Shown here in pieces: positions 7,348 through 19,697 of a stretch of DNA of 24,000 bases. Both the position numbers and the translations under genes were made by a program. The stretch's first letter is position 1. Every line of letters starts with the position of its first letter. Source of the stretch: Geminicoccaceae bacterium (lineage in GTDB: Bacteria > Pseudomonadota > Alphaproteobacteria > Geminicoccales > Geminicoccaceae); NCBI GenBank assembly GCA_051010395.1, contig JBPCVQ010000118.1, positions 11,112 to 35,111 of the forward strand, written 5' to 3'. The notes under the pieces were generated by a model. That model searched no databases. It saw nothing but the letters and a program-made list of their open reading frames with translations, and was not told where the DNA came from.

Positions 7348-8337
7348 ATGGCTATCGCTGATCGCAATACGAAGATGCCGAAGGCGGATCGCCCGGTCCG
7401 TCCGCGCCGCCATATCGATCTCCAGCCCTATGTCGTCTATCTGGGTTTTCTCGCCATCTTTTTGTTTTTTGCGGTGACGCTATGGGACGACGGCTTCCTT
7501 ACCCAGCGCAACCTGACCAACATCATTTTGCAAACGGCGCCGGCGACAATCATGGCGGTGGGCCTGGTTTTCGTTCTCTCTGCCGGCGAGATCGATTTGT
7601 CGTTTGGCTCGATCGTTGCGGTATCAGCGCTGGTCAGCGCTGTGGTGTTGCGTGAGCATCATCTGATTCTGGGTGTCACCGCCGGCCTAGCCGCTGGAAT
7701 CGCCATCGGCGCTGTGAATGGGCTCTTGGTTGCCTATCTTCGCTTGCCATCGTTCTTGGTGACATTGGCGACACTTGGCCTGTTCGCAGGCGTAGCGCGT
7801 ACACTCACCGACCTCAGATCGATCCCAGTGATCAATGACGGCTTCACTGGTTTCTTCGGCTCGGGCCGGCTGTTCGGCATACCGTCCCTGGTGCTTTGGA
7901 CGATCATGGCCATAGTGCTTGGCCACTTCGTCTACCGCCACACCCGGTTCGGCGCTCATGTTCTGGCAACTGGCGACAATGCACGGGCAGCGCTGGTGTC
8001 GGGGATCAAGATTGCACGGGTGCGTCTCGCCGTGCTGATGCTGAGCGGTGCCTGCGCGGGACTTGCCGGCCTTCTCTATGCCGGTCGTCTGCAGGCGGCG
8101 AAATACACCCTCGGCGAAAGCGACCTGATGACCGTGATCGCGGCCGTCATTGTCGGCGGCACCCGGCTCACCGGCGGCAACGGGTCGGTCATCGGAGCGC
8201 TTGCCGGCTCCCTTTTGATGGGCATGCTCAACAATGGCCTCATTCTGATGGGCCTCGCAGTTTCGGACCAGATGATCGTCCGGGGATTGATCATCCTGCT
8301 CGCGGTGGCCGTGTCACTGCGCGAAGTCAACCGATGA
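7348..8337 (+). CDS. ABC transporter permease, RbsC/FrcC type (CUT2-like)
   Basis: ATG at 7348 (an alternative ATG at 7375 is possible). The product is highly hydrophobic with multiple predicted transmembrane segments (e.g. YVVYLGFLAIFLFFAVTLW, ATIMAVGLVFVLSAGEIDLSFGS, LIILLAVAVSL), as in ribose-type permeases. Confidence 0.85.
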   Translation: MAIADRNTKMPKADRPVRPRRHIDLQPYVVYLGFLAIFLFFAVTLWDDGFLTQRNLTNIILQTAPATIMAVGLVFVLSAGEIDLSFGSIVAVSALVSAVVLREHHLILGVTAGLAAGIAIGAVNGLLVAYLRLPSFLVTLATLGLFAGVARTLTDLRSIPVINDGFTGFFGSGRLFGIPSLVLWTIMAIVLGHFVYRHTRFGAHVLATGDNARAALVSGIKIARVRLAVLMLSGACAGLAGLLYAGRLQAAKYTLGESDLMTVIAAVIVGGTRLTGGNGSVIGALAGSLLMGMLNNGLILMGLAVSDQMIVRGLIILLAVAVSLREVNR

Positions 8338-8356
8338 GCTTGGAAGGAGATTTCTG

Positions 8357-9556
8357 GTGTTTCTCGATGTTCTGAGACGGCGTAATCCGAGCTTTGTGGA
8401 AGCTGCGATCTCCTTGCATCAGGCAGGCAAGATACCGGCCAATGCCTATCTCCTCGATCTCGATGCGGTCGAAGAGAATGCAAGGCTCTTTCGAAAGGCG
8501 GCGGACAAACATGGGCTCAAGACTTTCGCAATGACCAAGCAAGTCGGACGCAACTCCGGCTTTTGTGCGGCCGTCAGACGGGGCGGGATAGATCGCGTCG
8601 TTGCGGTGGACATGGCCTGTGCCATTCCCTGCCGCCGGGCCGGCATGACCATCGGCCATCTTGGCCATCTGGTGCAGGTGCCTCGCCATGAGGCGACGGC
8701 AGCCGCATCAGATATCGAGCCGGACTACTGGACGGTGTTCAGCGATGCCAAGGCAAAGGAAGCCGCGGCTGCCGCTCGTACCGCCGATCGGGAGCAGGAT
8801 CTTCTGGCGCGCATCCAAACCGAGGGCGACATTTTTTATCGAGGCCATGAAGGCGGCTTCGAGGCCGATGACATCGCGGCCGTGGCTGATCGCATGGATG
8901 CCCTTGAGGGTGGTCGCTTCGCCGGCATCACGACATTTCCTGCATTGCTCTACGATCACGACACCAAGCAGGTCACGCCGACCCCTAACCTCGCCACGCT
9001 GTCCCGGGCGGTGGAGCGACTGGCGAAAGCCGGCCGTCAAGACGTCGAGGTCAACGCGCCGGGCACGACCTCATCGGTAGTGCTGAGCGCTCTGGCCGAT
9101 GCCGGCGCCACCCAATGCGAGCCGGGTAATGGCCTGCACGGCACCACACCGCTCCATGCCATGGAGGACCTGCCCGAGCGTCCAGCGATGCTCTACCTCA
9201 CCGAGGTCTCGCACCAGCATAACGATCGGGCCTATTGCTTCGGCGGCGGGCTTTATATCGACCCCGTCTTTCCGGACTATGACGTCAAGGCCGTGGTTGC
9301 CGACGCGCCGACAACCGCCGATGAAGCTCTGGCCAGCGTCGAGATCCCACCACCGGCGGCGATCGACTACTATGGCATGATCGACGCCGCAGGGCCCGCT
9401 AAACCGAAAGCTGGCGACAGCGTAGTCTTCGGCTTTCGTGGGCAGGCATTTGTCACCCGCGCTTTTGTGGTCGGCCTTGCGGGGGTTGCGGCAGGCGAGC
9501 CGAAAGTCGTCTCGATTGAGAACGGTTTCGGGCAGCCCCAGGCCTGGCCTGCATGA
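8357..9556 (+). CDS. YhfX-like PLP-dependent protein (alanine racemase N-terminal / fold-type III); function unknown
   Basis: GTG at 8357 with GGAAGGAGA (8342-8350) upstream. The product is collinear with E. coli YhfX as I recall it: MF..L.R.NP...AA..L.Q.GKI at the N-terminus, MTKQVGRN with a candidate PLP lysine at 8537-8539, HLGHLVQ, EPGN.LHGT, AFVTR. The stop overlaps the ATPase start (ATGA at 9553-9556). Confidence 0.75.
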   Translation: MFLDVLRRRNPSFVEAAISLHQAGKIPANAYLLDLDAVEENARLFRKAADKHGLKTFAMTKQVGRNSGFCAAVRRGGIDRVVAVDMACAIPCRRAGMTIGHLGHLVQVPRHEATAAASDIEPDYWTVFSDAKAKEAAAAARTADREQDLLARIQTEGDIFYRGHEGGFEADDIAAVADRMDALEGGRFAGITTFPALLYDHDTKQVTPTPNLATLSRAVERLAKAGRQDVEVNAPGTTSSVVLSALADAGATQCEPGNGLHGTTPLHAMEDLPERPAMLYLTEVSHQHNDRAYCFGGGLYIDPVFPDYDVKAVVADAPTTADEALASVEIPPPAAIDYYGMIDAAGPAKPKAGDSVVFGFRGQAFVTRAFVVGLAGVAAGEPKVVSIENGFGQPQAWPA

Positions 9557-10287
9557 GCGTCCCGGTCCTCGAACTCGATCATGTTCAAAAAGCCTTTGGC
9601 GGCATCGTCGCCGTCGAGGATTTCTCGCTGGATCTGCATGCTGGCGAGATCGTGGCGCTGGTCGGCGACAATGGCGCCGGTAAATCGACCTTGGTCAAGA
9701 TCATCTCGGGTGTTCACCCGCCAAGCGCCGGCACGATCCGGCTTTCCGGCGAAACCGTGGCCATGGCAGACGCCAGCTCGGCGCGAGCGCTCGGTGTAGA
9801 AGTCGTCTACCAGGATCTGGCACTGGCCGATCAGCAACCGGTCTACATGAATATGTTCCTGGGACGCGAGTTGGTCACCGGACCGTTTCGGCGCCTCGAC
9901 CGCAAGCGCATGATTGCCGAGACGCAAGCGCTCGTGGAAGCACTTGACGTGCGCATTCCCTCCGCCCGCTCGACGATCCGCGATCTTTCCGGCGGTCAAC
10001 GCCAGGGTGTCGCGATCGCCCGCGCCACCCATTGGGCCAAAAAACTCGTCTTGCTCGATGAGCCCACCGCTGCTCTTGGGGTTGCAGAAACCGCTAGGGT
10101 CGAAGAAATCATCAACGCCTTGCGGGCGCGTGATCTGGCCATCCTGATGATCAGCCATAGCCTCGATCAGGTCTTCCGCCTCGCCGATCGGATTTGTGTC
10201 TTGCGTCGTGGCCTCCAGGTCGAGGTGCGGAGAACCGCGGCGACCGATCGTAACGAGATCGTGTCGATGATCACCGGCCTGGCTTGA
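9553..10287 (+). CDS. ABC transporter ATP-binding protein, single nucleotide-binding domain (FrcA-like)
   Basis: Walker A GDNGAGKST, ABC signature LSGGQRQ, Walker B LVLLDEPT, H-loop MISHS. At 244 aa it is one NBD, not the fused double NBD common in ribose-type systems. Confidence 0.9.
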   Translation: MSVPVLELDHVQKAFGGIVAVEDFSLDLHAGEIVALVGDNGAGKSTLVKIISGVHPPSAGTIRLSGETVAMADASSARALGVEVVYQDLALADQQPVYMNMFLGRELVTGPFRRLDRKRMIAETQALVEALDVRIPSARSTIRDLSGGQRQGVAIARATHWAKKLVLLDEPTAALGVAETARVEEIINALRARDLAILMISHSLDQVFRLADRICVLRRGLQVEVRRTAATDRNEIVSMITGLA

Positions 10288-10383
10288 GCCAAGGGTTCCG
10301 CACCAATCGATTAGAGGCTGCCGAAAGCAAAACCCATTTTGATCGAAAGAGTGCGTCTCGATGTCAAAGGCCTATCTCCTGGA

Positions 10384-12581
10384 TCAAGGATCGGCCGATG
10401 CCTGCATTGGCAAGGGAGATGCGGAGACAGCTTCCAATAACTGCGAAAGGGTGGTTTCTGTCGCGAGCTCTTCGATGGGAACACCGATCTTTCGACGCCA
10501 GTTCGGATAGTCGTCGACCGTGCCCGGCAGATTGGCCTGCTCGCGCGCGCCGACGACATCCTCAAGCTGTATGGCCTTGAGCTTGGCCGGGGTCATGCCG
10601 ATAAATCGGTGGAAGGCCAGCAGCAGGTTTTCCGTGAGGGCCGCGGGCGGGCGGCTGGGATCGATATCATCAGGCAGCAGCTCCTCAGCGAGGAGAAGCT
10701 TCAGCAACTTGATCTTGAGGCCCTCCCGCTCTTCACGGTCGGCAATGAACCTCTCCTGGTCTGGGTAGAGGCCCAGCCTCTCGCGCCAGATCATGTCGTC
10801 CCCTTGCCAAAAACCGACAAGCGTCGGCAGATCGTGCGTGCCGATCGAGGCGATGCAGTCTTGCGGATAGGCGGCTGCTGGACGGCAGGCGTCGTTCTCG
10901 TCCCGCTCGAAATAGAGGAGGCGGCAGCCGAGAAGGCCGCGCTCGTCGAGGTTTTTTCGCAGCGTCTCGGGCACCGTTCCCAGATCCTCACCCACCACCA
11001 GGCACTTGTTGCGCACGGATTCCAACGCGACCAGCCCAAGCAGATCCTCCAGCGGGTAACGAATATAGGCGCCGGGCGTGTCGCCCTCCGCCGGCAGCCA
11101 GAAGCTTCTGGCGAGGCCGAGCACATGATCGATGCGAAGCGCACCTGCTGCGCGCATGTTACGGCGGATGAGATCGATGAACGGCCGATAGTGATCGGCC
11201 TTGAGTGCTGTAGGCGAGAGGGGAAGCAAGCCCCAGTTCTGCCCCCCAGGATTGAAGTCGTCCGGCGGGGCGCCGATGCGTACGCCGTCGACCAGCACGT
11301 CCTGCTCCGCCCAAGCCTCAGCGCCATCCGGAGCAACGCCGACCGCAAGATCGAGATACAGACCGAGCGCACCGCCAGCTTTTTTCGCACTCACCTGAGC
11401 CTGGCTGAGCTGATCCCGAGCCACCCATTGCAGGTAGGCGTAGAAGGCGATGCGATCGGCATGCTGGTCGGCGAATGCTTGGACGGTGGGGCTGTCAGGC
11501 GTTTGGTAGCCGGCCGGCCAACGCCGCCAATCGGTGACTGACGAGTCGTTCCTCAGCATCCATTCAGAAAGCGCATCGAAGCGAGCATGGTTCTGGAGGG
11601 CGGTGCCTTCGGTCTCGCAATATGCGCGAAAGGCGGCTTTTCGCAATGAGTTTTCAGGCAAGGCGGTAAAGGTTTGAAAGAGCGCTTCGAGCACACCGAG
11701 TTTGAGCGCCGAAACCTCTTCATAGGCCACCAGCTCGCTCGTGCGCAGACGCTCGAGCCGCGCCTGCGCTTCGGTGCTTTCGAGCATCGCCCTCGCGGCA
11801 GGTGACGTATCGAGTTCGGGAACCTTGTCGAGAGCGATCAGGAGCACGTTCGAGAAAAGCCGGCTCGATGGTGAATAGGGGCTGATGCGGTGGGGCTGCG
11901 ATGGGAAGAGCGCGTGAGTTGGGTTGATGCCGACGAAATCCGCCCCCAATGGCGCTGCCGTCGCGGCGAGATCGGCGAGGTCGGAAAAGTCGCCGATGCC
12001 AGCATTCCGGCGGGAGCGAAGACCATAAAGGGGAACCGTCAAGCCTGCCAGACTGCGCGCGCCAACGAGGCATTCCGGAAGAAAGCAGCGTTTGGGCGTG
12101 ACGATGATCTCGGTCTCGGCGCGTTCCATCTCGTCCAGGACGAGTGTGCAGCGGTGATAGCCCGGCGGCGGCTGGACGGGCAGGGGGAGTGCATAACGCA
12201 GCTCGACGATTCCGCGGACGGCGACCCGTTCGGTCATCTCAAGACCGTCGAGATCCCCATCGCCCTCATGCACGACGCCGTCTTCATCGCGGAACGTCCA
12301 GGCGAACCGGCTCTTGCCTTCCCGCTGGGTGGTGATCGGAAGCGTCATGCGATCGCGTTCGCGAAGAACGACAATGCTCGGCGTCAGACGGCTCGTCTGT
12401 TCGTCGGCGATTGCTTCCAGGCTTTCCTTGATCGCCCGGTCGCTGTCCGTCGAAACGCCCATCGCTTGCAGGAGCGCGCGTTGGGTTTCGGCGCTGGTCT
12501 CGTGACGCTTCTGCCAGATGTCTTCGTAGCTCAGCTCGATGTGATGGGCCGCGGCGAGACGATCGAGCGGGGTTCTCCCGG

Positions 12582-12585
<4 letters not shown>
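10384..12585 (-). CDS. malQ: 4-alpha-glucanotransferase (amylomaltase, GH77), long form
   Basis: ATG at 12585 lies in an ATGA overlap with the glgX stop. GH77 motifs GALRIDHVLGL, VGEDLGTVP and GTHDLPT. The 733-aa product has an N-terminal extension, as in long MalQ proteins. Confidence 0.9.
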
Positions 12586-14719
<2,134 letters not shown>

Positions 14720-14723
<4 letters not shown>

Positions 14724-16195
14724 GCCGGCCTCACCGAGGCCTGGGCGAGCTTTCGATAGAGATCGGCATAAGCCTTGGCCGGCACCGACCAGTCGACTTT
14801 GCGGCTCATGGCGCGCCGTTGCACCTGCTGCCAGCATCGCTGGTCGGCATACAGATCGAATGCTCGTTCCAGTGCGGTGCGCAGCGCACCGGCGCTGTCC
14901 GGGGCGAATTGAAAGCCGGTGGCGACGCCATCCGTCAGCGCTGCCTGATTGGCGTCGATCACCGTGTCGGCAAGCCCACCGACCCGTGCTACGATCGGCA
15001 GGCAACCATAGCGGAGACCATAGAGCTGGGTGAGGCCGCAGGGCTCGAAGCGGGACGGGATGAGAATAGCATCCGCGCCCGCCTGCATCTGATGGGAGAG
15101 CGGCTCGTCATAGCCGAAGACAGCCCCGATCCGCCCCGGATTTTTTCGGACTACGTCGGTGAACGCCGCTTCGAGCGTCGCATCGCCGCTACCGAGCATA
15201 GCAAGCTGGCCACCATGGGAGAGGAGCGTCGGCAGCGCTTCCAGAAGCAGATCGAAACCCTTTTGCGAGGTGAGCCGACTGACCACGCAAAAGAGCGGTG
15301 CTGCCACATCGGCAACGAGGTTGAACCGCGTTTGCAACGCAGTCTTGTTGATCGCCTTCGCCTTCAGTGTTCGGCTTGAAAAAGGCTGCTCGATGTCGGG
15401 ATCATCAGCCGGATTCCAGACAGCAGCATCGATGCCATTGGTAATCCCGGTAAGCGCATCTCGCCGTTCGCGCAACACACCATCCAGCCCCATGCCGACG
15501 TCCGGCGTACAGATTTCCCGAGCATAAGTTGGGCTGACTGTGGTCAGATGATCGGCATAGCGAAGGCCGCCTTTCAGAAAGCTGATCTTGCCCCAATATT
15601 CGAGCCCGTCGAGGGTAAAGGTCGAAGGTGGCAGTTTCAGCGCTCGAAGCTCGGTCGCCGGGAAAACCCCCTGAAAGGCGAGGTTGTGGATGGTGACGAC
15701 CGTCGCGGGCGGTGAGGCACTGCTGCTTAGATAGACGGGCGTCAGCGCCGCCTGCCAGTCATGGCCATGGATCACGTCGGGTCGATAGCCCTCGATCAGG
15801 CCCTGGCCGATCCGGCTCGCAATCCAGGACAAGGCGGCGAAGCGGAAGTGATTGTCCGGCCAGTCCTTGCCGTCCGGGCCGAGATATGGATTACCCGGAC
15901 GATCGTAGAGATGAGGTGCGTCGATCACGATCAGCTGGGCGCCATCAGGCGCTTTCGCTGAAAGCAGCACAGCTTCCCCGCCGAACAAGTCATTGACCGT
16001 TATGATCGGCTCGGCTTGTTTCAAGCCGGTGAGAACCTTGGGATAGCCCGGTAGCAGCGTCCGCATCCGAACTTGTTGAGCAGCCGGCGCCGCCGGTTCG
16101 GCAGCCAGCGCTGCTGGCAGTGCGCCCGCGACGTCGGCGAGGCCACCGGTCTTGATCAGCGGGAAGAACTCGGAGGTGATCGAGAGAACCTGCAT
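14720..16195 (-). CDS. glgA: Glycogen synthase (ADP-glucose type, GT5)
   Basis: MQVLSITSEFFPLIKTGGLADVAGALP carries the KTGGL motif. The C-terminal region PSRFEPCGLTQLYGLRYG is typical of GlgA. The ATG at 16195 is 3 nt after the glgC stop. Confidence 0.95.
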
Positions 16196-16198
16196 GTC

Positions 16199-17476
16199 TC
16201 AGCCCGACAGCTTGTCGATCATCGGCTGGGTGATCAGGCAGATGCCGTTGTCGGTGCGCCGAAAGCGTCTGGCGTCCGCCTCCGGATCCTCGCCGACGAT
16301 GAGGCCTTCGGGAATGGTGACGCCACGATCGATCACCACGTTCTTCAACGTCGCATTCCGTTTGATCTCGACATAAGGGAGAGCGACCACGCCGTCCAGG
16401 TCGCTGTAGGAACGGGCGTGGACGCCGGTGAACAGCAGGCAGCGATTGATCCGGCTGCCGGAAACGACGCAGCCGCCGGAAACCATCGAGCTGGTCGCCA
16501 TGCCGCGCCGGTCCTCTTCGTCATGCACGAATTTCGCGGGCGGCGTAATCTCGGCATAGGTCCAGATCGGCCAGTCCTGATCGTAGAGATCGAGGGCGGG
16601 GGTGAAGTCAGTGAGATCGATGTTGGCCTGCCAATAAGCATCGATCGTGCCGACGTCCCGCCAATAGGGCTCATCGGAACCTTCTTCTCCACTCTTGACG
16701 CAGGAAGTCGGGAAACGGTGCGCGACGGCTTTGCCGTTTTTGACGAGGTAGGGAATGATGTTCTTACCGAAGTCGCGCGCGCTGTTCGGATCGTCAGCGT
16801 CGCGCTTCAACTCCTCGAACATGAACTCCGTGTTGAACACATAGATGCCCATGCTGGCGAGTGCTGTGTCCGGCTTGTCCGGCATGCCCGGTGGGTCGGC
16901 GGGCTTTTCCAGAAACGCGATGATGCGATCGTCCTTGTCGATATGCATGACGCCGAAGCCGGTTGCCTCCATGCGCGGCACTTCGAGACAGCCGACGGTG
17001 ACGTCAGCGCCCGAATTGACGTGCTGCTCCAGCATCAGCTCATAGTCCATCTTGTAGATGTGATCGCCCGCCAGGATGACCATGTATTCCGGGCCGTAGC
17101 TCTCGATGATGTCGAGGTTCTGATACACGGCATCCGCCGTGCCCGCATACCATTTCTCTTCGGAGATGCGCTGCGAGGCCGGCAGGATGTCGAAGCCTTC
17201 GTTACGTTCGGGACGGAGAAAACTCCAGCCGCGCTGCAGATGCCGGATCAAGGAGTGCGCCTTGTATTGCGTGGCGACTCCGATCCGGCGGATCCCGGAA
17301 TTCAAGGCATTGGACAACGCGAAATCGATGATCCTACTCTTGCCGCCGAAGAACACCGAGGGTTTGGCTCGCTTGTCCGTGAGTTCGAGAAGGCGGGACC
17401 CGCGTCCACCCGCCAGAACATAAGCCATCGACCTTCGCGCCAGTTGTGAGCCCCTCATCTCGGACTTGGCCATCAT
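16199..17476 (-). CDS. glgC: Glucose-1-phosphate adenylyltransferase
   Basis: I re-called the start to the ATG at 17476 ([29 protein letters not shown]), which has AAGGAG 4 nt upstream. Motifs [40 protein letters not shown] and FLEKP. The track's 55-codon extension overlaps the glgB 3' end. Confidence 0.95.
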   Translation of the reverse strand: MMAKSEMRGSQLARRSMAYVLAGGRGSRLLELTDKRAKPSVFFGGKSRIIDFALSNALNSGIRRIGVATQYKAHSLIRHLQRGWSFLRPERNEGFDILPASQRISEEKWYAGTADAVYQNLDIIESYGPEYMVILAGDHIYKMDYELMLEQHVNSGADVTVGCLEVPRMEATGFGVMHIDKDDRIIAFLEKPADPPGMPDKPDTALASMGIYVFNTEFMFEELKRDADDPNSARDFGKNIIPYLVKNGKAVAHRFPTSCVKSGEEGSDEPYWRDVGTIDAYWQANIDLTDFTPALDLYDQDWPIWTYAEITPPAKFVHDEEDRRGMATSSMVSGGCVVSGSRINRCLLFTGVHARSYSDLDGVVALPYVEIKRNATLKNVVIDRGVTIPEGLIVGEDPEADARRFRRTDNGICLITQPMIDKLSG

Positions 17477-17504
17477 ATGCCTCCTTGATTTCTTGTTTCG
17501 TTTA

Positions 17505-19697
17505 TTATTCCAGCTTGAACCAGAGCGTCGCCAACGGCGGCAGGGTAATCGACGCCGAGAACGGCTGTCCGTGGCTCGCGACCTCCTCGGCCTCGATGAC
17601 ACCGAGATTGCCCATACCCGAGCCGCCATAGACCTCCGCATTACTGTTCAAAATCTCCCGCCACTTCCCAGGGGCTGGCAGCCCCAGGCGATACGTTTTT
17701 TGCGGCGTGGGGGTGAAGTTGCAAATTACCATGACAGGAGGTGCGCCGGCCTCACCCTTTCGGAGCCAGGCCAGCACCGAATTCTCGGCGTCGTTCGCTT
17801 CGAGCCAATCGAAACCCGCACCGTCGCAATCTAACTGATGCAGGGCCGGTTCGGCCCGGTAGAGCTGGTTCAGATCTCGGACGAGCGTCTGTACGCCTCG
17901 ATGAAAATCGACGTCCAGGAGACGCCAGTCCAGCGAACGGTCGGCGTTCCACTCGGACCCTTGCGCGAACTCCTGGCCCATGAACAGGAGCTTCTTGCCG
18001 GGGTGGCCCCACATGAAGGCGTAATAAGCCCTGACATTGGCGAATTGCTGCCAGGCATCGCCGGGCATACGCGCGAGGATCGAGCCTTTGCCGTGGACCA
18101 CCTCGTCATGGGAGAGCGGCAGCACGAAGTTCTCGCTGAACGCGTAAAGCAGGCCAAAGGTCATCTGGTGATGATGCCAGCGGCGATGAACCGGGTCTTT
18201 GCTCATATAGAGCAGAGTGTCGTTCATCCAGCCCATGTTCCATTTGAAACCGAAACCGAGACCGCCAGCATAAGTCGGTTTGGACACACCGGGCCATGAC
18301 GTGCTCTCCTCGGCCACGGTCATCACGCCCTCATGCTCACCGTAGGCGAGTTCGTTCATCCGTTTCAGGAGGTCAATGGCTTCGAGATTCTCCCGCCCAC
18401 CAAAGCGGTTCGGCACCCACTCACCCTCTTCGCGCGAGTAGTCGAGGTAGAGCATCGAGGCGACCGCATCGACGCGCAGGCCATCGAGGTGATAGCGATC
18501 CAGCCAGAAGAGTGCGTTGGCGTGGAGATAGTTCGCGACCTCCGGACGACCGTAGTTGTAGATCAGGGTGTTCCAGTCCTGATGGAAGCCCTGGCGAGGA
18601 TCTTCGTGCTCGTAAAGCGCCGTACCGTCGAAGCGTCCAAGCCCGTGCTCATCGGTCGGAAAGTGACCGGGCACCCAGTCCAGCAGCACACCTACACCGG
18701 CTTCGTGGCAGCGATCCACGAACCGCGCAAAGTCGGCGGGTTCGCCATGGCGAGCGGTCGGCGCGAACAGGCCGATCGGCTGGTAGCCCCAGGAGCCGTC
18801 GAACGGATGCTCGGTGATCGGCAGCAGCTCAATGTGTGAAAAACCCATGTTCTTGACGTAGGGTATGAGCTGATCGCCGAGTTCTTCGTATGACAGATAG
18901 CCATTACCGTCGTCGCGCCGCCACGACCCCAGATGCACCTCATAAATCGCGACAGGCGCGTCAGGCGCGGCGTACCCCTGGCGTTGACTTAGCCAGTTGC
19001 CATCGCCCCATGAAAATTTCTCAACATCTCGAACCACCGACGCCGTCTTCGGGCGCAGCTCGGCGCCGAAGCCGAACGGGTCGGCCTTGAGCGGAAGGAT
19101 GTTTCCAGTGCGGTCGCGGATCTCGTATTTATAGGCGACACCGTCGCCGAGGCCCGGCAAAAAAATCTCCCAAACACCCGTGCCGGGATGCAGGCGCATC
19201 GGGTGACGGCGACCGTCCCACAGATTGAAGTCGCCGACCACAGCGACCCGCTGCGCATTCGGCGCCCAGACCGCGAAATGAACGCCGCGGGCACCCTCAT
19301 GCTCGATCACATGAGCGCCGAGCCGCTCCCAAAGCCGTTTGTGACTGCCCTCGCCGATGAGGTAATTGTCGACATCGCCGATCACCGGGCCGAAGCGATA
19401 GGGATCGTCGAGTTCCCAGGTGTCATCGCCGTGGGTTGCGCGAAGCCTGTAGGCGAACGGTGGCGTTCGATCCTTGACAGTACCTTCGAACAAACCAGCG
19501 TTGTCGATCCGCGTCATCTCGGCAAGCCGTTCGCCGTCGTCAGGACCTATCACCGTGACAATCTCAGCCCCCGGAAGAAACACACGGACCAAAGTTCGGC
19601 CCGCCATGGCACATGGCCCCAGGGAGGAGAAGGGGGCGGGGTGGGTGCCGGTGGTGATGGCTTTGATCGTGTCTTTGGAAAGTTTTTCCTGGGTCAT
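17505..19697 (-). CDS. glgB: 1,4-alpha-glucan branching enzyme (GH13)
   Basis: I re-called the start to the ATG at 19697 (MTQEKLSK), which lies in an ATGA overlap with the glgP stop. Motifs [30 protein letters not shown] and SHDEVVHGK. Confidence 0.95.
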   Translation of the reverse strand: MTQEKLSKDTIKAITTGTHPAPFSSLGPCAMAGRTLVRVFLPGAEIVTVIGPDDGERLAEMTRIDNAGLFEGTVKDRTPPFAYRLRATHGDDTWELDDPYRFGPVIGDVDNYLIGEGSHKRLWERLGAHVIEHEGARGVHFAVWAPNAQRVAVVGDFNLWDGRRHPMRLHPGTGVWEIFLPGLGDGVAYKYEIRDRTGNILPLKADPFGFGAELRPKTASVVRDVEKFSWGDGNWLSQRQGYAAPDAPVAIYEVHLGSWRRDDGNGYLSYEELGDQLIPYVKNMGFSHIELLPITEHPFDGSWGYQPIGLFAPTARHGEPADFARFVDRCHEAGVGVLLDWVPGHFPTDEHGLGRFDGTALYEHEDPRQGFHQDWNTLIYNYGRPEVANYLHANALFWLDRYHLDGLRVDAVASMLYLDYSREEGEWVPNRFGGRENLEAIDLLKRMNELAYGEHEGVMTVAEESTSWPGVSKPTYAGGLGFGFKWNMGWMNDTLLYMSKDPVHRRWHHHQMTFGLLYAFSENFVLPLSHDEVVHGKGSILARMPGDAWQQFANVRAYYAFMWGHPGKKLLFMGQEFAQGSEWNADRSLDWRLLDVDFHRGVQTLVRDLNQLYRAEPALHQLDCDGAGFDWLEANDAENSVLAWLRKGEAGAPPVMVICNFTPTPQKTYRLGLPAPGKWREILNSNAEVYGGSGMGNLGVIEAEEVASHGQPFSASITLPPLATLWFKLE

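Noticed and set aside
10288-10390. A search for a terminator in the 96-bp convergent gap between the ATPase gene and malQ. Also noted: short ATCGA/TCGAT dyads and the near-palindrome TCCTGGATCAAGGA.
   Set aside because: I found only 3-5 bp stems with no U-tracts. The near-palindrome has no loop and overlaps the malQ stop. I cannot support a structural element here.
14724-15005. A 94-codon N-terminal extension of the glgX ORF in the track (MPADRSTGRW...).
   Set aside because: It lies entirely inside glgA in another frame and is Arg-rich and unlike any GlgX N-terminus. Homology to GlgX begins only at QRFTVQPG.
17477-17641. 5' extensions of track ORFs: glgC (17477-17641), glgB (19698-19811), glgP (22163-22228, TTG start) and the SBP gene (6045-6215).
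   Set aside because: The extensions overlap the upstream gene or spacer and have Arg-rich, low-complexity translations. They precede internal ATGs that give canonical N-termini, a good Shine-Dalgarno sequence, or ATGA coupling.
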